Shown here piece by piece: positions 18,487 to 27,778 of a stretch of 32,000 nt of DNA. The notes below the pieces were generated by a model. It did not search any database. It was not told the DNA's origin and saw nothing but the letters and a program-made list of their open reading frames with translations. The position numbers and the translations under genes were made by a program. Within the stretch, counting starts at the first letter, position 1, and each line of letters begins with the position of its first letter. Origin of the DNA: Akkermansia muciniphila ATCC BAA-835 (GTDB lineage: Bacteria; Verrucomicrobiota; Verrucomicrobiia; Verrucomicrobiales; Akkermansiaceae); contig NC_010655.1 in assembly GCF_000020225.1 (NCBI RefSeq), forward strand, positions 270,001 to 302,000, in the 5' to 3' direction.

Positions 18487-19272
18487 TCAGGAGGGAACGC
18501 TGTCCGACTGTTCCGGATGGAATGACCACCCCTCATCTCCGTGGTACACCATCATACGGGACATGCCGCCGTCAATGACCAGATTCTCCGCATTGACAAA
18601 GCTGGAGCCGCATAGAAAGAAAACGGCCTTCACGATATCTTCCGGCAAACCGACGCGCCCGGAAGGATGCTGAAAAGCATCTTCCGGAGACAGGACGCCG
18701 AACACCCCCGTGTCAATCCAGCCTGGACTGATACTGTTCACACGAACGCCGAAAGGGGAAAGGCTCATGGCGAGAGCGTGAGTTAAAGAAGTGAGGGCGC
18801 CCTTGGCCGCACTATAGCTTTCCGTATCCTTCTGGGACATGGAAGCGCGGGTGGAAGCAATATTCACAATGGAAGCGCCGCGGGAAAAATGGTCGCGAAA
18901 TAAAAGGCTCAGCAGATAGGGCGCGGAAACTCCCACGCGCAAAACTTCATTGAATTCCTCGAAGGAACAGCCGGAAAGAATGCCGCGACGCGTGATGCAC
19001 GCATTATTTACCAGCACATCCACACGGCCAAAACATTCCAACACCTTTTCCGCAAAAGACCGCACGTCCTCTTCCACACCCGCGTTGCCCGTCACGCAAA
19101 GATGCCCCTCTCCCGGCAATTCCTCCAGCAGGGAGGCCGTTTCCTCATGCTTCACATCCAAAACCGCCACCCGGGCTCCCGCCGCAGCGAAAGCTTCCGC
19201 AATGGCGCGGCCAATGCCGCAGGCTCCTCCCGTCACCACCACGGTACTGCCGGAAAAATCAACATCCTTCAT
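18487..19272 (-). CDS. SDR family oxidoreductase (classical short-chain dehydrogenase)
   Basis: The track ORF begins at a GTG (19293). The first ATG, at 19272, gives MKDVDFSGSTVVVTGGACGIGRAIA (TGxxxGIG Rossmann motif). NNACI and the catalytic YSAAK are also present. Confidence 0.85.
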   Translation of the reverse strand: MKDVDFSGSTVVVTGGACGIGRAIAEAFAAAGARVAVLDVKHEETASLLEELPGEGHLCVTGNAGVEEDVRSFAEKVLECFGRVDVLVNNACITRRGILSGCSFEEFNEVLRVGVSAPYLLSLLFRDHFSRGASIVNIASTRASMSQKDTESYSAAKGALTSLTHALAMSLSPFGVRVNSISPGWIDTGVFGVLSPEDAFQHPSGRVGLPEDIVKAVFFLCGSSFVNAENLVIDGGMSRMMVYHGDEGWSFHPEQSDSVPS

Positions 19273-19330
19273 AGGCTGATTGTCATATTCCACTCAAGAA
19301 AGTCAATCATCGCCTTCCGGCATACGGTAC

Positions 19331-20587
19331 TTAACGTGCATACATTACATCGCGGTAAAGCCCCATGGCTCTGGAAAGGAGAGGAGAACGGGTTACCACG
19401 TCCGTTTCCACAATAAGACGGGCCATGGAACCGGAAACGGCCATTTCCGCTTCCTCCGCACGGCGGCTGATACGCTCCATATCCCTGGTTTTCACCAGAT
19501 TCATACGTCCGGATTTTTGGAAATCATCAACAACATAGCGCAACCTTTTCAACTTGGCCACCACTTCCACCAGCTCCATGGCGCACTGGTCAGCCGTTCC
19601 GGCATCCTTGATGCTGCGCAGGAGAAAGTCAATTCTCTCCAGGCACATGCAGAACTCTTCCATGGCCGCGACAGGATCGGCCCAGAACTCCTGAAAATCG
19701 ATTAGCCTGGGTTGCTCTATTTTGAGCCCCTCCACTGCCTTTTGCATGGAAGGGGAATCATACATCCTGGCCGTCGTGAGCTTCAGGAGCGCCCGGAAAG
19801 CGCGTTTGCGCTCATCCTCCGCCTTCTTTCTCATCTTTTCCAGCCCATCATGGAAATGCCGTTCAAAACCGGGAATCCAGTCTCCATACTTCTTCTCCAT
19901 TCTGGCAATGTTGTTCATCTGATCCCTGACCATTCGTCCCTGAAGGGCTACAGATACGGCATAGGCTTCCGCCGCAACTTTATTGTCAATCCCCTCCAGC
20001 ATGTCCACCATGGTGGAATACTGTTCCAGATAAGCCTTCAGAAACGGCTTTATCTTGTTGTTCAAATACAGGGCCACCCGTTCGTCCGTCAGGCTGAGAC
20101 CGCACTTTTCCAGATCATTCCTGATGACATCGGAATCATAATACCTGAATTCATGGAGCTTCAGTATTCCCGACATCATCCGGTCGCGGGCCTTGTCCAC
20201 GCGCTCCCGGAGAATGGAATGAAAGGCGGGATGCATCTTACGCGATTCTTCATGCACGCGCGGATTCAGAGCCATCAGGCGCCCGCAATTCATATCGTAA
20301 AATTTAAACTTCTCCGTCAGGCGCCCAAGTTCATTCATCAGGGCCTCTCCTGCGGTACGGTCCTGGATGGAAACGACCAGATCCGTCATCTGTTCCACTT
20401 CCTTCAGGCGCAGGGAAAGCAGCTCTTCATAAGATTCCACCGGGGAAAGCCTTTCTGACTTCCCTGCTTCCGCAGCCCCGGCCTCCTTTTCCTTATCTCC
20501 GCAGGAACACAAACACAGCGCCAGCAGGAGCGCGCCTCCCATCAACGGCAAATTCGGGAACAGAGAAAAACAGGAGCCAAGCTTCAT
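19331..20587 (-). CDS. hypothetical helical lipoprotein
   Basis: N-terminus ...MGGALLLALCLCSCGDKEKE has a lipobox (LCSC). The remaining roughly 390 aa are charged and helix-rich. The gene lies 38-58 nt upstream of the SDR gene on the same strand. Confidence 0.6.
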   Translation of the reverse strand: MKLGSCFSLFPNLPLMGGALLLALCLCSCGDKEKEAGAAEAGKSERLSPVESYEELLSLRLKEVEQMTDLVVSIQDRTAGEALMNELGRLTEKFKFYDMNCGRLMALNPRVHEESRKMHPAFHSILRERVDKARDRMMSGILKLHEFRYYDSDVIRNDLEKCGLSLTDERVALYLNNKIKPFLKAYLEQYSTMVDMLEGIDNKVAAEAYAVSVALQGRMVRDQMNNIARMEKKYGDWIPGFERHFHDGLEKMRKKAEDERKRAFRALLKLTTARMYDSPSMQKAVEGLKIEQPRLIDFQEFWADPVAAMEEFCMCLERIDFLLRSIKDAGTADQCAMELVEVVAKLKRLRYVVDDFQKSGRMNLVKTRDMERISRRAEEAEMAVSGSMARLIVETDVVTRSPLLSRAMGLYRDVMYAR

Positions 20588-20763
20588 GAGAACGTAGCGT
20601 TGAGGAGGGAGAATGAAACTCCGGCCCGCATCGCGGTACCGGAACTACCGTAAAAAAGCGTCATCAAAGTTCAAGGCCTTTTCATTTCATCCGGGAAAAA
20701 CATTTCCGTTCCTTCGACGGAAAAAATATTCATTTAATATAATGAACACTCTTCTGAATCGGG

Positions 20764-21444
20764 ATGTCACACTCTTTTATCCATATCATCCTGTCTGCCG
20801 TGATTCTTGATATTCTTCAATACGGACATCCTCTTTTGAGAGAGGAATGCGGGCCCGTGGTTCATATCAACAGGGATATCCTTTCCTTCCTGGACGATAT
20901 GCAGGAAACCCTGGCCCAGGGAGGCATAGGCCTGGCCGCGCCGCAGGTGGGCAGGCCCATCCAGCTGGTCACCATCAACATCCCTTCCACAGACGCAACC
21001 ACTACCTGGCTGGAAGTGGACGGATGCCCAACTACGTTGTCCCGAATCATGCCCTTGAATTTTATCAATCCCATCCTGCATCCCTTCGGCAAAAAAGTGC
21101 CGTACCGGGAAGGGTGCCTGAGCATCACCAAAGTATATGCGAACGTGATGCGCCGCTCCTGCGTAAGGGCTGTTTTAACCATGATGGACGGACGGACTGT
21201 GACCGTGAAATGCAACGGACTGCTGGCGCGCTGCCTGCAGCACGAGGTAGACCACCTTCACGGCGGCCTGTTTACGGATCTGGTTTCCTCCGGTGACCAT
21301 GACAAGGTGATACGGAGGCTCAGATTGACCCATCCGGACGCTTTTGAAGAAGATGACGACAGCTACGCTCGCCGCATGAAGGAAAAACGCCGCGCCCAGG
21401 CACGGAAAGCCCGGATGCCGCAGCCTCCCGGAAAAACAGCCTGA
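20764..21444 (+). CDS. def: peptide deformylase with a basic C-terminal extension
   Basis: All three Def motifs are present: GIGLAAPQVG, EGCLS, QHEVDHLHG. The protein is 226 aa versus roughly 150-190 for typical Def. The extra sequence is a C-terminal Arg/Lys-rich tail (RRMKEKRRAQARKARMPQPPGKTA). The exact start is uncertain. Confidence 0.85.
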   Translation: MSHSFIHIILSAVILDILQYGHPLLREECGPVVHINRDILSFLDDMQETLAQGGIGLAAPQVGRPIQLVTINIPSTDATTTWLEVDGCPTTLSRIMPLNFINPILHPFGKKVPYREGCLSITKVYANVMRRSCVRAVLTMMDGRTVTVKCNGLLARCLQHEVDHLHGGLFTDLVSSGDHDKVIRRLRLTHPDAFEEDDDSYARRMKEKRRAQARKARMPQPPGKTA

Positions 21445-21487
21445 CGTTCAGGCAACAAACCTATCCCCCCTTTTACTGCCCTTCCCT

Positions 21488-21522
21488 AAAAAACGCCCCG
21501 GTCTCCCTCCAGGAAACCGGGG
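21488..21522 (-). terminator. rho-independent terminator after tdh
   Basis: Minus strand: stem CCCCGGT / ACCGGGG with a 13-nt loop, followed by C-G-TTTTTT. Confidence 0.5.
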
Positions 21523-21555
21523 CATCCATAATCACATGGAAAGAAAAAGAGAGAA

Positions 21556-22584
21556 TCAAACAATCCAGTCCAGAACAACCTTGCCGGATTTTCCCGAATT
21601 CATGGCTTCAAACCCTTCCCGGAATTCCGTGTAGGGCAGACGGTGCGTGATGATGGGCGCCACATTCAAGCCACTGCGGATCATGGAATCCATTTTATGC
21701 CAAGTTTCAAAAATTTCACGGCCATAAATGCCTTTCATCTTCAACCCTTTCCAAATGAACTTATTCCACTCGATGCTGGAACCATCGGGCTGAATCCCCA
21801 GCAGGGAAATGTTGGCTCCGTTGCGGGAATTGTCGATGATGTCCTTCAGGCAGGACGGAGCGCCGCTCATTTCCAGGCACACGTCAAATCCCTCCGTCAT
21901 TTCCAGTTCCTTCATCACGTCTTCCAGCTTTTCACGGGTCACGTTCACGGTTCGGTCCGCCCCCAGCGTTTTGGCAAGACCCAGGCGGAAATCATTGATG
22001 TCCGTAATAACCACCGTCTTGGCTCCGGCCTTCTTGCAGACGGCGGCAGCCATGCAGCCGATAACCCCGGCTCCCGTAATCAGTACGTCCTCGCCCACCA
22101 GATCCCAGGACAAAGCCGTATGGACGGCGTTGCCCAGCGGGTCAAAAATGGAGGCGATTTCCATCGGAATGCTCTTGTGGATGCGCACCACGTTATCCTG
22201 CGGAATGGAAAGGTACTCCGCAAAGCAGCCGGGCCTGTTGACTCCCACACCCTTTGTGTTGGGGCACAAGTGCTTCTGCCCTGAACGGCAGCTGCGGCAA
22301 TGGCCGCAGACAATATGCCCCTCACCGGAAACAATCTCCCCGGGCTTGTATTCCGTCACGGAAGAACCTACGGACTCAATCACGCCGCAGAACTCATGGC
22401 CCACATGCATCCCTACCGGAATGGTCTGCTGGGCCCATTTATCCCAATTCCAAATATGAAGATCCGTGCCGCAAATGGCTGTTTTATGAATTTTGATCAG
22501 GACGTCATTCGGGCCGACTTCCGGCATAGGAACATCCATCAATTCCAAACCGGGGCCAGCCTGCGTTTTTACAAGAGCTTTCAT
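21556..22584 (-). CDS. tdh: L-threonine 3-dehydrogenase (zinc-dependent MDR family)
   Basis: [52 protein letters not shown]... closely follows the canonical Tdh N-terminus. GHEFCG zinc ligands, structural-zinc cysteines [15 protein letters not shown], and GAGVIG NAD motif. Start set to the second ATG (22584); 22593 is also possible. Confidence 0.9.
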   Translation of the reverse strand: MKALVKTQAGPGLELMDVPMPEVGPNDVLIKIHKTAICGTDLHIWNWDKWAQQTIPVGMHVGHEFCGVIESVGSSVTEYKPGEIVSGEGHIVCGHCRSCRSGQKHLCPNTKGVGVNRPGCFAEYLSIPQDNVVRIHKSIPMEIASIFDPLGNAVHTALSWDLVGEDVLITGAGVIGCMAAAVCKKAGAKTVVITDINDFRLGLAKTLGADRTVNVTREKLEDVMKELEMTEGFDVCLEMSGAPSCLKDIIDNSRNGANISLLGIQPDGSSIEWNKFIWKGLKMKGIYGREIFETWHKMDSMIRSGLNVAPIITHRLPYTEFREGFEAMNSGKSGKVVLDWIV

Positions 22585-22854
22585 GCCCCCCATTCATGCT
22601 CTTTTTCCCCTGCGTCGGCAAGCTCAAAATTCATTTCGGAGCGCCGAAAAAGCCTAGGGAACGGAGGCTTCCGCCCCCCCCTTCCCTTCCCATGGAAACG
22701 CCCGGAGCAGCGGCGGGCGACAAACGCCGGAAAGACATTCCTGTTCAATCGACAATTCAGACACACACGCAATTTGCCCTTTCCAACAGGAAGGAATCAT
22801 GATACCAAGGCGTGCGAGTTCTCCTTTTGAACACTTTACTCTATTTACAGAACC

Positions 22855-24519
22855 ATGGCGAAATCATTTTTACCCACCATTTTCGAGCACCCGTATGAAA
22901 TAGACCCCAAATATGGGAAAAGCGTTGCGTACTTCTCCATGGAATACGCCATTGATAATTCATTTAAAATCTATTCCGGCGGCCTGGGCTATCTGTCCGG
23001 CTCCCATATGCGCAGTGCGCATGATCTGCGCCAGAACCTCGTAGGCGTCGGCATTCTGTGGAGCTACGGCTACTACAACCAGATCCGTGCGGAGGACGGA
23101 TCCATGGCCACGCAATACATGCGTAAAAACTACCCGTTCCTGGAAGATCACAACATCAAATTCCTCATTCATGTCTGCGGAGCGCCCGTCTGGGTAAAAG
23201 CCTACTTCCTGAATCCGGAAACATTCGGCACTGCGCCCATGTTCTTCCTTTCCACGGACCTGGAGGAAAATGACGAGGAAAGCCGCAATATCTCCCGCCG
23301 CCTGTACGACGCCAACGGCTTCACCCGCATCGCCCAGTACGTACTGCTGGGCAAAGGAGGCGCCCGCCTTTTTGACGAACTGGGCATTGAACCGGAAATC
23401 TACCATCTAAACGAAGCCCACGGCCTGGCTGCGGCCTTCCACGTGCTTGCCAAGACGGGCAGCGTGGAAGAAGTGCGCAAGCGTTTCGTTTTCACTACCC
23501 ATACCCCGGAAGAAGCCGGCAACGAAAAGATGGACGTAAACACCATGAATACGTTCTCCTTCTTCGACGGGCTCTCCATGGAACAGGTGCGCGCCGCCGT
23601 AGGCATGACGGACAATACGTTCAACTACACGCTGGCCGCCCTGCGCCTCTCCCACATCGCCAACGGCGTTTCCAAACTCCATGGAGAAGTATCCCGCCAG
23701 ATGTGGAAGGACTATGAAGGCATATGCCCCATCATCCATATCACGAATGCCCAGAACCAGAAATACTGGCAGGATCCGGAACTGGCGGAAGCTTTCCAGG
23801 CCCGCAACAAGGAAGCGTTCATCCGCCGCAAGCGGGCTCTGAAAAAAGCCCTCTTCCGCATGGTGGGTGAACAAACGGGCCGCGTCTTTGACCCGAACTG
23901 CCTCACCATCGTATGGGCTCGCCGTTTTGCGGCCTACAAGCGTCCGGACCTGGTCACCGGCAATCCCACGATGTTCGAACGCATGCTCCAGCGCACCAAC
24001 TATCCGGTGCAGTTCATCTGGGCCGGCAAACCCTACCCGATGGATCATGGCGCTATTGAAATCTTCAACCGCCTGAATGACTTGACGGCCAAATATCCCC
24101 GTTCCGCCGTGCTCACCGGTTATGAACTGGGCCTGAGCCGCTACCTGAAAAACGGCTCCGACGTATGGCTCAACAACCCCGTGGTAACCCGGGAAGCATC
24201 CGGCACCTCCGGCATGTCCGCCGCCATGAACGGCTCCATCTCCGTCTCCACCAATGACGGCTGGATCTGTGAATTCGCCAAGGACGGAGAAAACTGCTTC
24301 GTCATTCCGGAAGCGCCCGCCCATCTCTCCCCGGAAGCCCGCGACCGCTCCGACCGCGATAACTTCTACAACATTCTGGACGACAAGATTCTTCCCCTCT
24401 ACTACGATCACAACGACAAGTGGATGGACATCGTTTTCAATGCGATGACAGACATCTATCCCGAATTCGACTCCGACCGCATGGCGGATCAGTACTACAC
24501 GGAAATGTACAACAGCTAA
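22855..24519 (+). CDS. alpha-glucan phosphorylase family protein (GT35, short bacterial/archaeal type) with an atypical cofactor-site motif
   Basis: 554 aa. Family blocks present: GGLGYLSG, YHLNEAHG, FTTHTPEEAGNE, ANGVSKLHGEVSRQMW, WARRFAAYKRPDL, REASGTSGMSAAMNGS. Confidence 0.85.
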   Translation: MAKSFLPTIFEHPYEIDPKYGKSVAYFSMEYAIDNSFKIYSGGLGYLSGSHMRSAHDLRQNLVGVGILWSYGYYNQIRAEDGSMATQYMRKNYPFLEDHNIKFLIHVCGAPVWVKAYFLNPETFGTAPMFFLSTDLEENDEESRNISRRLYDANGFTRIAQYVLLGKGGARLFDELGIEPEIYHLNEAHGLAAAFHVLAKTGSVEEVRKRFVFTTHTPEEAGNEKMDVNTMNTFSFFDGLSMEQVRAAVGMTDNTFNYTLAALRLSHIANGVSKLHGEVSRQMWKDYEGICPIIHITNAQNQKYWQDPELAEAFQARNKEAFIRRKRALKKALFRMVGEQTGRVFDPNCLTIVWARRFAAYKRPDLVTGNPTMFERMLQRTNYPVQFIWAGKPYPMDHGAIEIFNRLNDLTAKYPRSAVLTGYELGLSRYLKNGSDVWLNNPVVTREASGTSGMSAAMNGSISVSTNDGWICEFAKDGENCFVIPEAPAHLSPEARDRSDRDNFYNILDDKILPLYYDHNDKWMDIVFNAMTDIYPEFDSDRMADQYYTEMYNS

Positions 24520-24543
24520 GATACAGCCTTGTCCCTCTTACGC

Positions 24544-24582
24544 AACGGCCGCCTTTCTTTGGGAAAGGCGGCCGTTCTTTTT
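24544..24582 (+). terminator. rho-independent terminator
   Basis: 13-bp perfect stem AACGGCCGCCTTT / AAAGGCGGCCGTT, loop CTTTGGG, followed by CTTTTT. Confidence 0.65.
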
Positions 24583-24620
24583 GAAACCGGTGTCAAAAAT
24601 CCACGGGAAGCGGGCCAAAC

Positions 24621-25391
24621 CTACTTGGGTACTTCCTCCTCCCCGGCCTCCGCCGCCACCTTGTCTGCGTCCCGCTTATGACGGTGCGCAAAAACATTCT
24701 CCTGCTGCCATACGCGGGAAAAAGCAGACGTGATCAGCCCTGTGGAAATAGCAATGATGGACACGGCAATAAACATAATCACCCCGGTAAAAATACGCCC
24801 CATGGGCGTAATAGGCACCAGGTCTCCGTACCCGACCGTACTCAACGTTTCCACGGCAAACCAGAGCGCGTCAAAAAAGGAACCGAATTTCTCGGGCTGG
24901 GCATCGTGCTCTGCAATATAAATTCCCAGGGAAGTGACGTACAGCATGAACAGGATCACGGAGAAAAACAGAAAAAACTCATCCCGGATCAGGTAGAAAG
25001 CCTTTTTAAAACTGGCGGCGGTTTCATTAAACCGGGCCAACTTGAAAATAGCCAGTATGCGGACAATCCTCAGGGAATAAAGAATCTGCCAGTCCGTCCC
25101 GAAAAACATGCCCAGGAACGGCACGCAGACAATAAAATCCAGAATACCCATGCCGCTGAAAATATAAGCCTTCCGCGGTTTGGCGCACAGCACCCGCAGG
25201 ATATACTCAAACATGAAGAAATAGCTGATCCAGTAATTCACCTTGGCCGCGATACGGCCTACCAGAGGATGAATATCCGGAATGGCATTCAACGTGTACA
25301 GCATGAACCATACCAGAATCAGTACCCTGACAATGTTCTCCCAGGGACCGAAATTGGCAGCGCCCAGCTTGGTGCGGGTAATTTGGGGCAT
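24621..25391 (-). CDS. voltage-gated-type (6TM) potassium channel
   Basis: The selectivity filter TVGYGD is present. The S4-like segment LRIVRILAIFKLARF carries spaced basic residues. Start trimmed to ATG 25391 so that it does not overlap the upstream gene. Confidence 0.8.
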   Translation of the reverse strand: MPQITRTKLGAANFGPWENIVRVLILVWFMLYTLNAIPDIHPLVGRIAAKVNYWISYFFMFEYILRVLCAKPRKAYIFSGMGILDFIVCVPFLGMFFGTDWQILYSLRIVRILAIFKLARFNETAASFKKAFYLIRDEFFLFFSVILFMLYVTSLGIYIAEHDAQPEKFGSFFDALWFAVETLSTVGYGDLVPITPMGRIFTGVIMFIAVSIIAISTGLITSAFSRVWQQENVFAHRHKRDADKVAAEAGEEEVPK

Positions 25392-25399
25392 GGCGGGAA

Positions 25400-25759
25400 T
25401 TAGGAACGATGGGCGGCCTTCCACTCGTCAGCCTTGAAGCCGACGCATATCTTTCCATTGGTAATAAAAATGGGGCGTTTAACCAGCATGCCGTTGGAAG
25501 CCAGCAGGGCTATCTGCTCATCCAGGCTCATGTCGGCAAGCTGATCTTTCAACTTCATGCTCTTGTAAAGCAATCCACTGGTATTAAAAAACTTCTTGGC
25601 CGGCAATCCGCTCCCTTCAATCCAGCTCCGCAGTTCCTCTGCCGTGGGATTCTGTTCCACAATATGGCGATCCTCATAAGAAATTCCCTGCTCATCAAGC
25701 CACTTCTTTGCTTTCTGGCAGGTCGTGCATTTGGGATATTCAATAAATAATGAAGACAT
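25400..25759 (-). CDS. ArsC/Spx/MgsR-family thioredoxin-fold protein
   Basis: 119 aa. N-terminal CTTC (CxxC) right after the first beta-strand (IEYPKCTTCQKAKKWL), and LVKRPI near the C-terminus, as in the ArsC/Spx family. The stop lies 8 nt before the channel ATG. Confidence 0.8.
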   Translation of the reverse strand: MSSLFIEYPKCTTCQKAKKWLDEQGISYEDRHIVEQNPTAEELRSWIEGSGLPAKKFFNTSGLLYKSMKLKDQLADMSLDEQIALLASNGMLVKRPIFITNGKICVGFKADEWKAAHRS

Positions 25760-25926
25760 ATCCGCACGCTAGCCCCGTAAACACACCGGGTCAAGCGGCC
25801 AGCGCAGCCATCCCGACGTCATGACTTGATTGGAAGGCTGCCGATGTACCCGCCGTTGAACACAAAACCTGAGAACGAAAGCCCGGAATGCGTGCGGATA
25901 CCGCAGAAATTCTATATTCCGGAACA

Positions 25927-27333
25927 TTAAAGCACCATGGCGCTTCCCAACTGCGCGATGGAAACGGGATTGGCCTGACGCTCCCGAAGTGCCCCCGCCA
26001 GAGCCTGGGTAGCCTTCTCCTCCCCATGCACCAGAATGATATTCCTCTTGGGCCCCCCGGTCCTGTCAAAATACTCCAGCAGTTCTCCATGGTCCGCATG
26101 GCCGGAAAAGGAATCCATCTCCCGTATTCTGGCCCGGACAGGATATTGTTTACCCAGGATGGGAACCTCTTTCCACCCATCCATAATCTTGCGGCCAAGT
26201 GTATGTTCCGCACAATAGCCTACAAAAAGAACCGTATTTTTCGGATCGCCGATGTTATTCGCCAAGTGGTGAAGAATGCGCCCTGCTTCACACATTCCTG
26301 AGGCGGAAATAATAATAGCCTGCCCGTTCATTTTATTCAAAGCCTGGGACTCGCCCACGGAACGGATCAAACGCAGCTGTTCAAAACAAAACGGATCCTT
26401 CTCCCGGAACAGGAAATCATAAACCTCCTTATTGAAACACTCCGGATGAATGCGGAAAATCTCCGTCGCACCCACTGCCATGGGACTGTCCACATATACG
26501 GGCAGCAAGGGCAGAGTGCCTTCATGGTAGGCCCTGTTCAGCAGATAAAGCAGCTGCTGGGTGCGTTCCACCGCAAAAGCCGGAATATAAACGCGGCCTC
26601 CTAATTCCAGAGCCTCCTTGATAGCCCGGCAGAACGTCTCGTCATCACGGGAGGGGGCCTCATGGAAACGGCCGCCGTAAGTGCTCTCCATCAGCAAAAT
26701 ATCCACATCCGGAACAGGGACGGGATCGCGCAGTAATTCGTTATCTCCCCGCCCCACATCCCCGGAAAACAGGAAACGCTTCTTCCGCCCGTCTTCCCTG
26801 TCCTCAATATCCAGGCACACTTGCGCAGCGCCCAGAATATGGCCCGCATCATAAAACGTGAGTGTCACCCCCGGAACAACGGGAATGGGCCGGTCATACC
26901 CGATATTCACGAACTGGCGCATGCACCGCTCCGCATCCTGTTCGGAATAAGTAGGATAAACATCCGGCTGATGAATACCGCGGCGCTTGTTCATCTTATT
27001 GATGAATGCGCAGTCGTGCTCCTGAATGCGGGCGGCGTCCGCCAGCATGAGCTGGCAAAGATCTCTGGTTGCAAATGTACTGTAAATATTTCCCTGAAAC
27101 CCCTGTTTCACTAAATTGGGAATATTGCCGGAATGATCAATATGAGCGTGGGACAGAACTACCGCATCCACCCCCGCCGGGGAAAAATAGGGGAAATCCT
27201 TATTGATATGCCATGCCTCCTCACGCCGCCCCTGATACATGCCGCAATCCAGAAGAATCCGGCACCCGTTCACCTCCAGCAAATGCTGGGAGCCCGTCGT
27301 CGTTCCCGCTGCGCCGCAAAAATGAATTTTCAT
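25927..27333 (-). CDS. MBL-fold metallo-hydrolase with a beta-CASP/RNA-specificity domain (RNase J/CPSF-like)
   Basis: Start trimmed to ATG 27333 (MKIHFCGAAGTTTGSQHLLE...). The HAHIDHSGN (HxHxDH) motif is present, plus later D/H motifs (FSGHAD) typical of beta-CASP nucleases. Confidence 0.85.
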   Translation of the reverse strand: MKIHFCGAAGTTTGSQHLLEVNGCRILLDCGMYQGRREEAWHINKDFPYFSPAGVDAVVLSHAHIDHSGNIPNLVKQGFQGNIYSTFATRDLCQLMLADAARIQEHDCAFINKMNKRRGIHQPDVYPTYSEQDAERCMRQFVNIGYDRPIPVVPGVTLTFYDAGHILGAAQVCLDIEDREDGRKKRFLFSGDVGRGDNELLRDPVPVPDVDILLMESTYGGRFHEAPSRDDETFCRAIKEALELGGRVYIPAFAVERTQQLLYLLNRAYHEGTLPLLPVYVDSPMAVGATEIFRIHPECFNKEVYDFLFREKDPFCFEQLRLIRSVGESQALNKMNGQAIIISASGMCEAGRILHHLANNIGDPKNTVLFVGYCAEHTLGRKIMDGWKEVPILGKQYPVRARIREMDSFSGHADHGELLEYFDRTGGPKRNIILVHGEEKATQALAGALRERQANPVSIAQLGSAMVL

Positions 27334-27778
27334 TAATACATGTGTACAACAAGCCAGCGGGCAACGCAAGAAATCAATACCTGAAGCCTTTCATTCAATA
27401 TACCCTTTGAAAGACGGGAAACATCAGCCGCAAAATCCACGCCTTTTCTTTTTTCCAGGCCATAAAAAGAGAAAAGCCAATAAACTGCGCCATTCCTCCT
27501 TCTGTACAGTATTCCTGTGAACATGAAATTGCACTTCTTTCCCGCCCGGGTTGCGGTTTCCGTAAAAATGCATCCGTCAAAAACTTCCCCTTCGCAAGGC
27601 ACATGCTCCATCACGGATGCACGCCGGAATACCCGCATCCAGGAGAGCCCTCCGGTATCACTGCCAAAAATAAAACCTGCAGGTTATTCTGAAAACATTC
27701 CGTTCTGATTGCAACCCGCCTCCTGAAAAAAGCGGCCGGCAAAAAGAGTCCCGCCTAATCTTAATGAAGCCTTTCAGC

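Noticed and set aside
20738-20743. TATAAT hexamer about 20 nt upstream of the def ATG, considered as a promoter -10 element that would imply a near-leaderless mRNA.
   Set aside because: The best -35 candidate (TTCGAC) is 19 nt away, and the def start codon itself is uncertain. The evidence is too weak to call.
21556-22584. tdh without an adjacent kbl (2-amino-3-ketobutyrate CoA ligase).
   Set aside because: The partner gene may simply lie elsewhere in the genome, and this window cannot address that.
27333-27638. 101-codon minus-strand ORF upstream of the beta-CASP gene, plus the 63-69-codon ORFs in the same gap.
   Set aside because: Cys/Arg/Phe-rich sequences with no motifs. The region is better explained as a non-coding leader (see findings).
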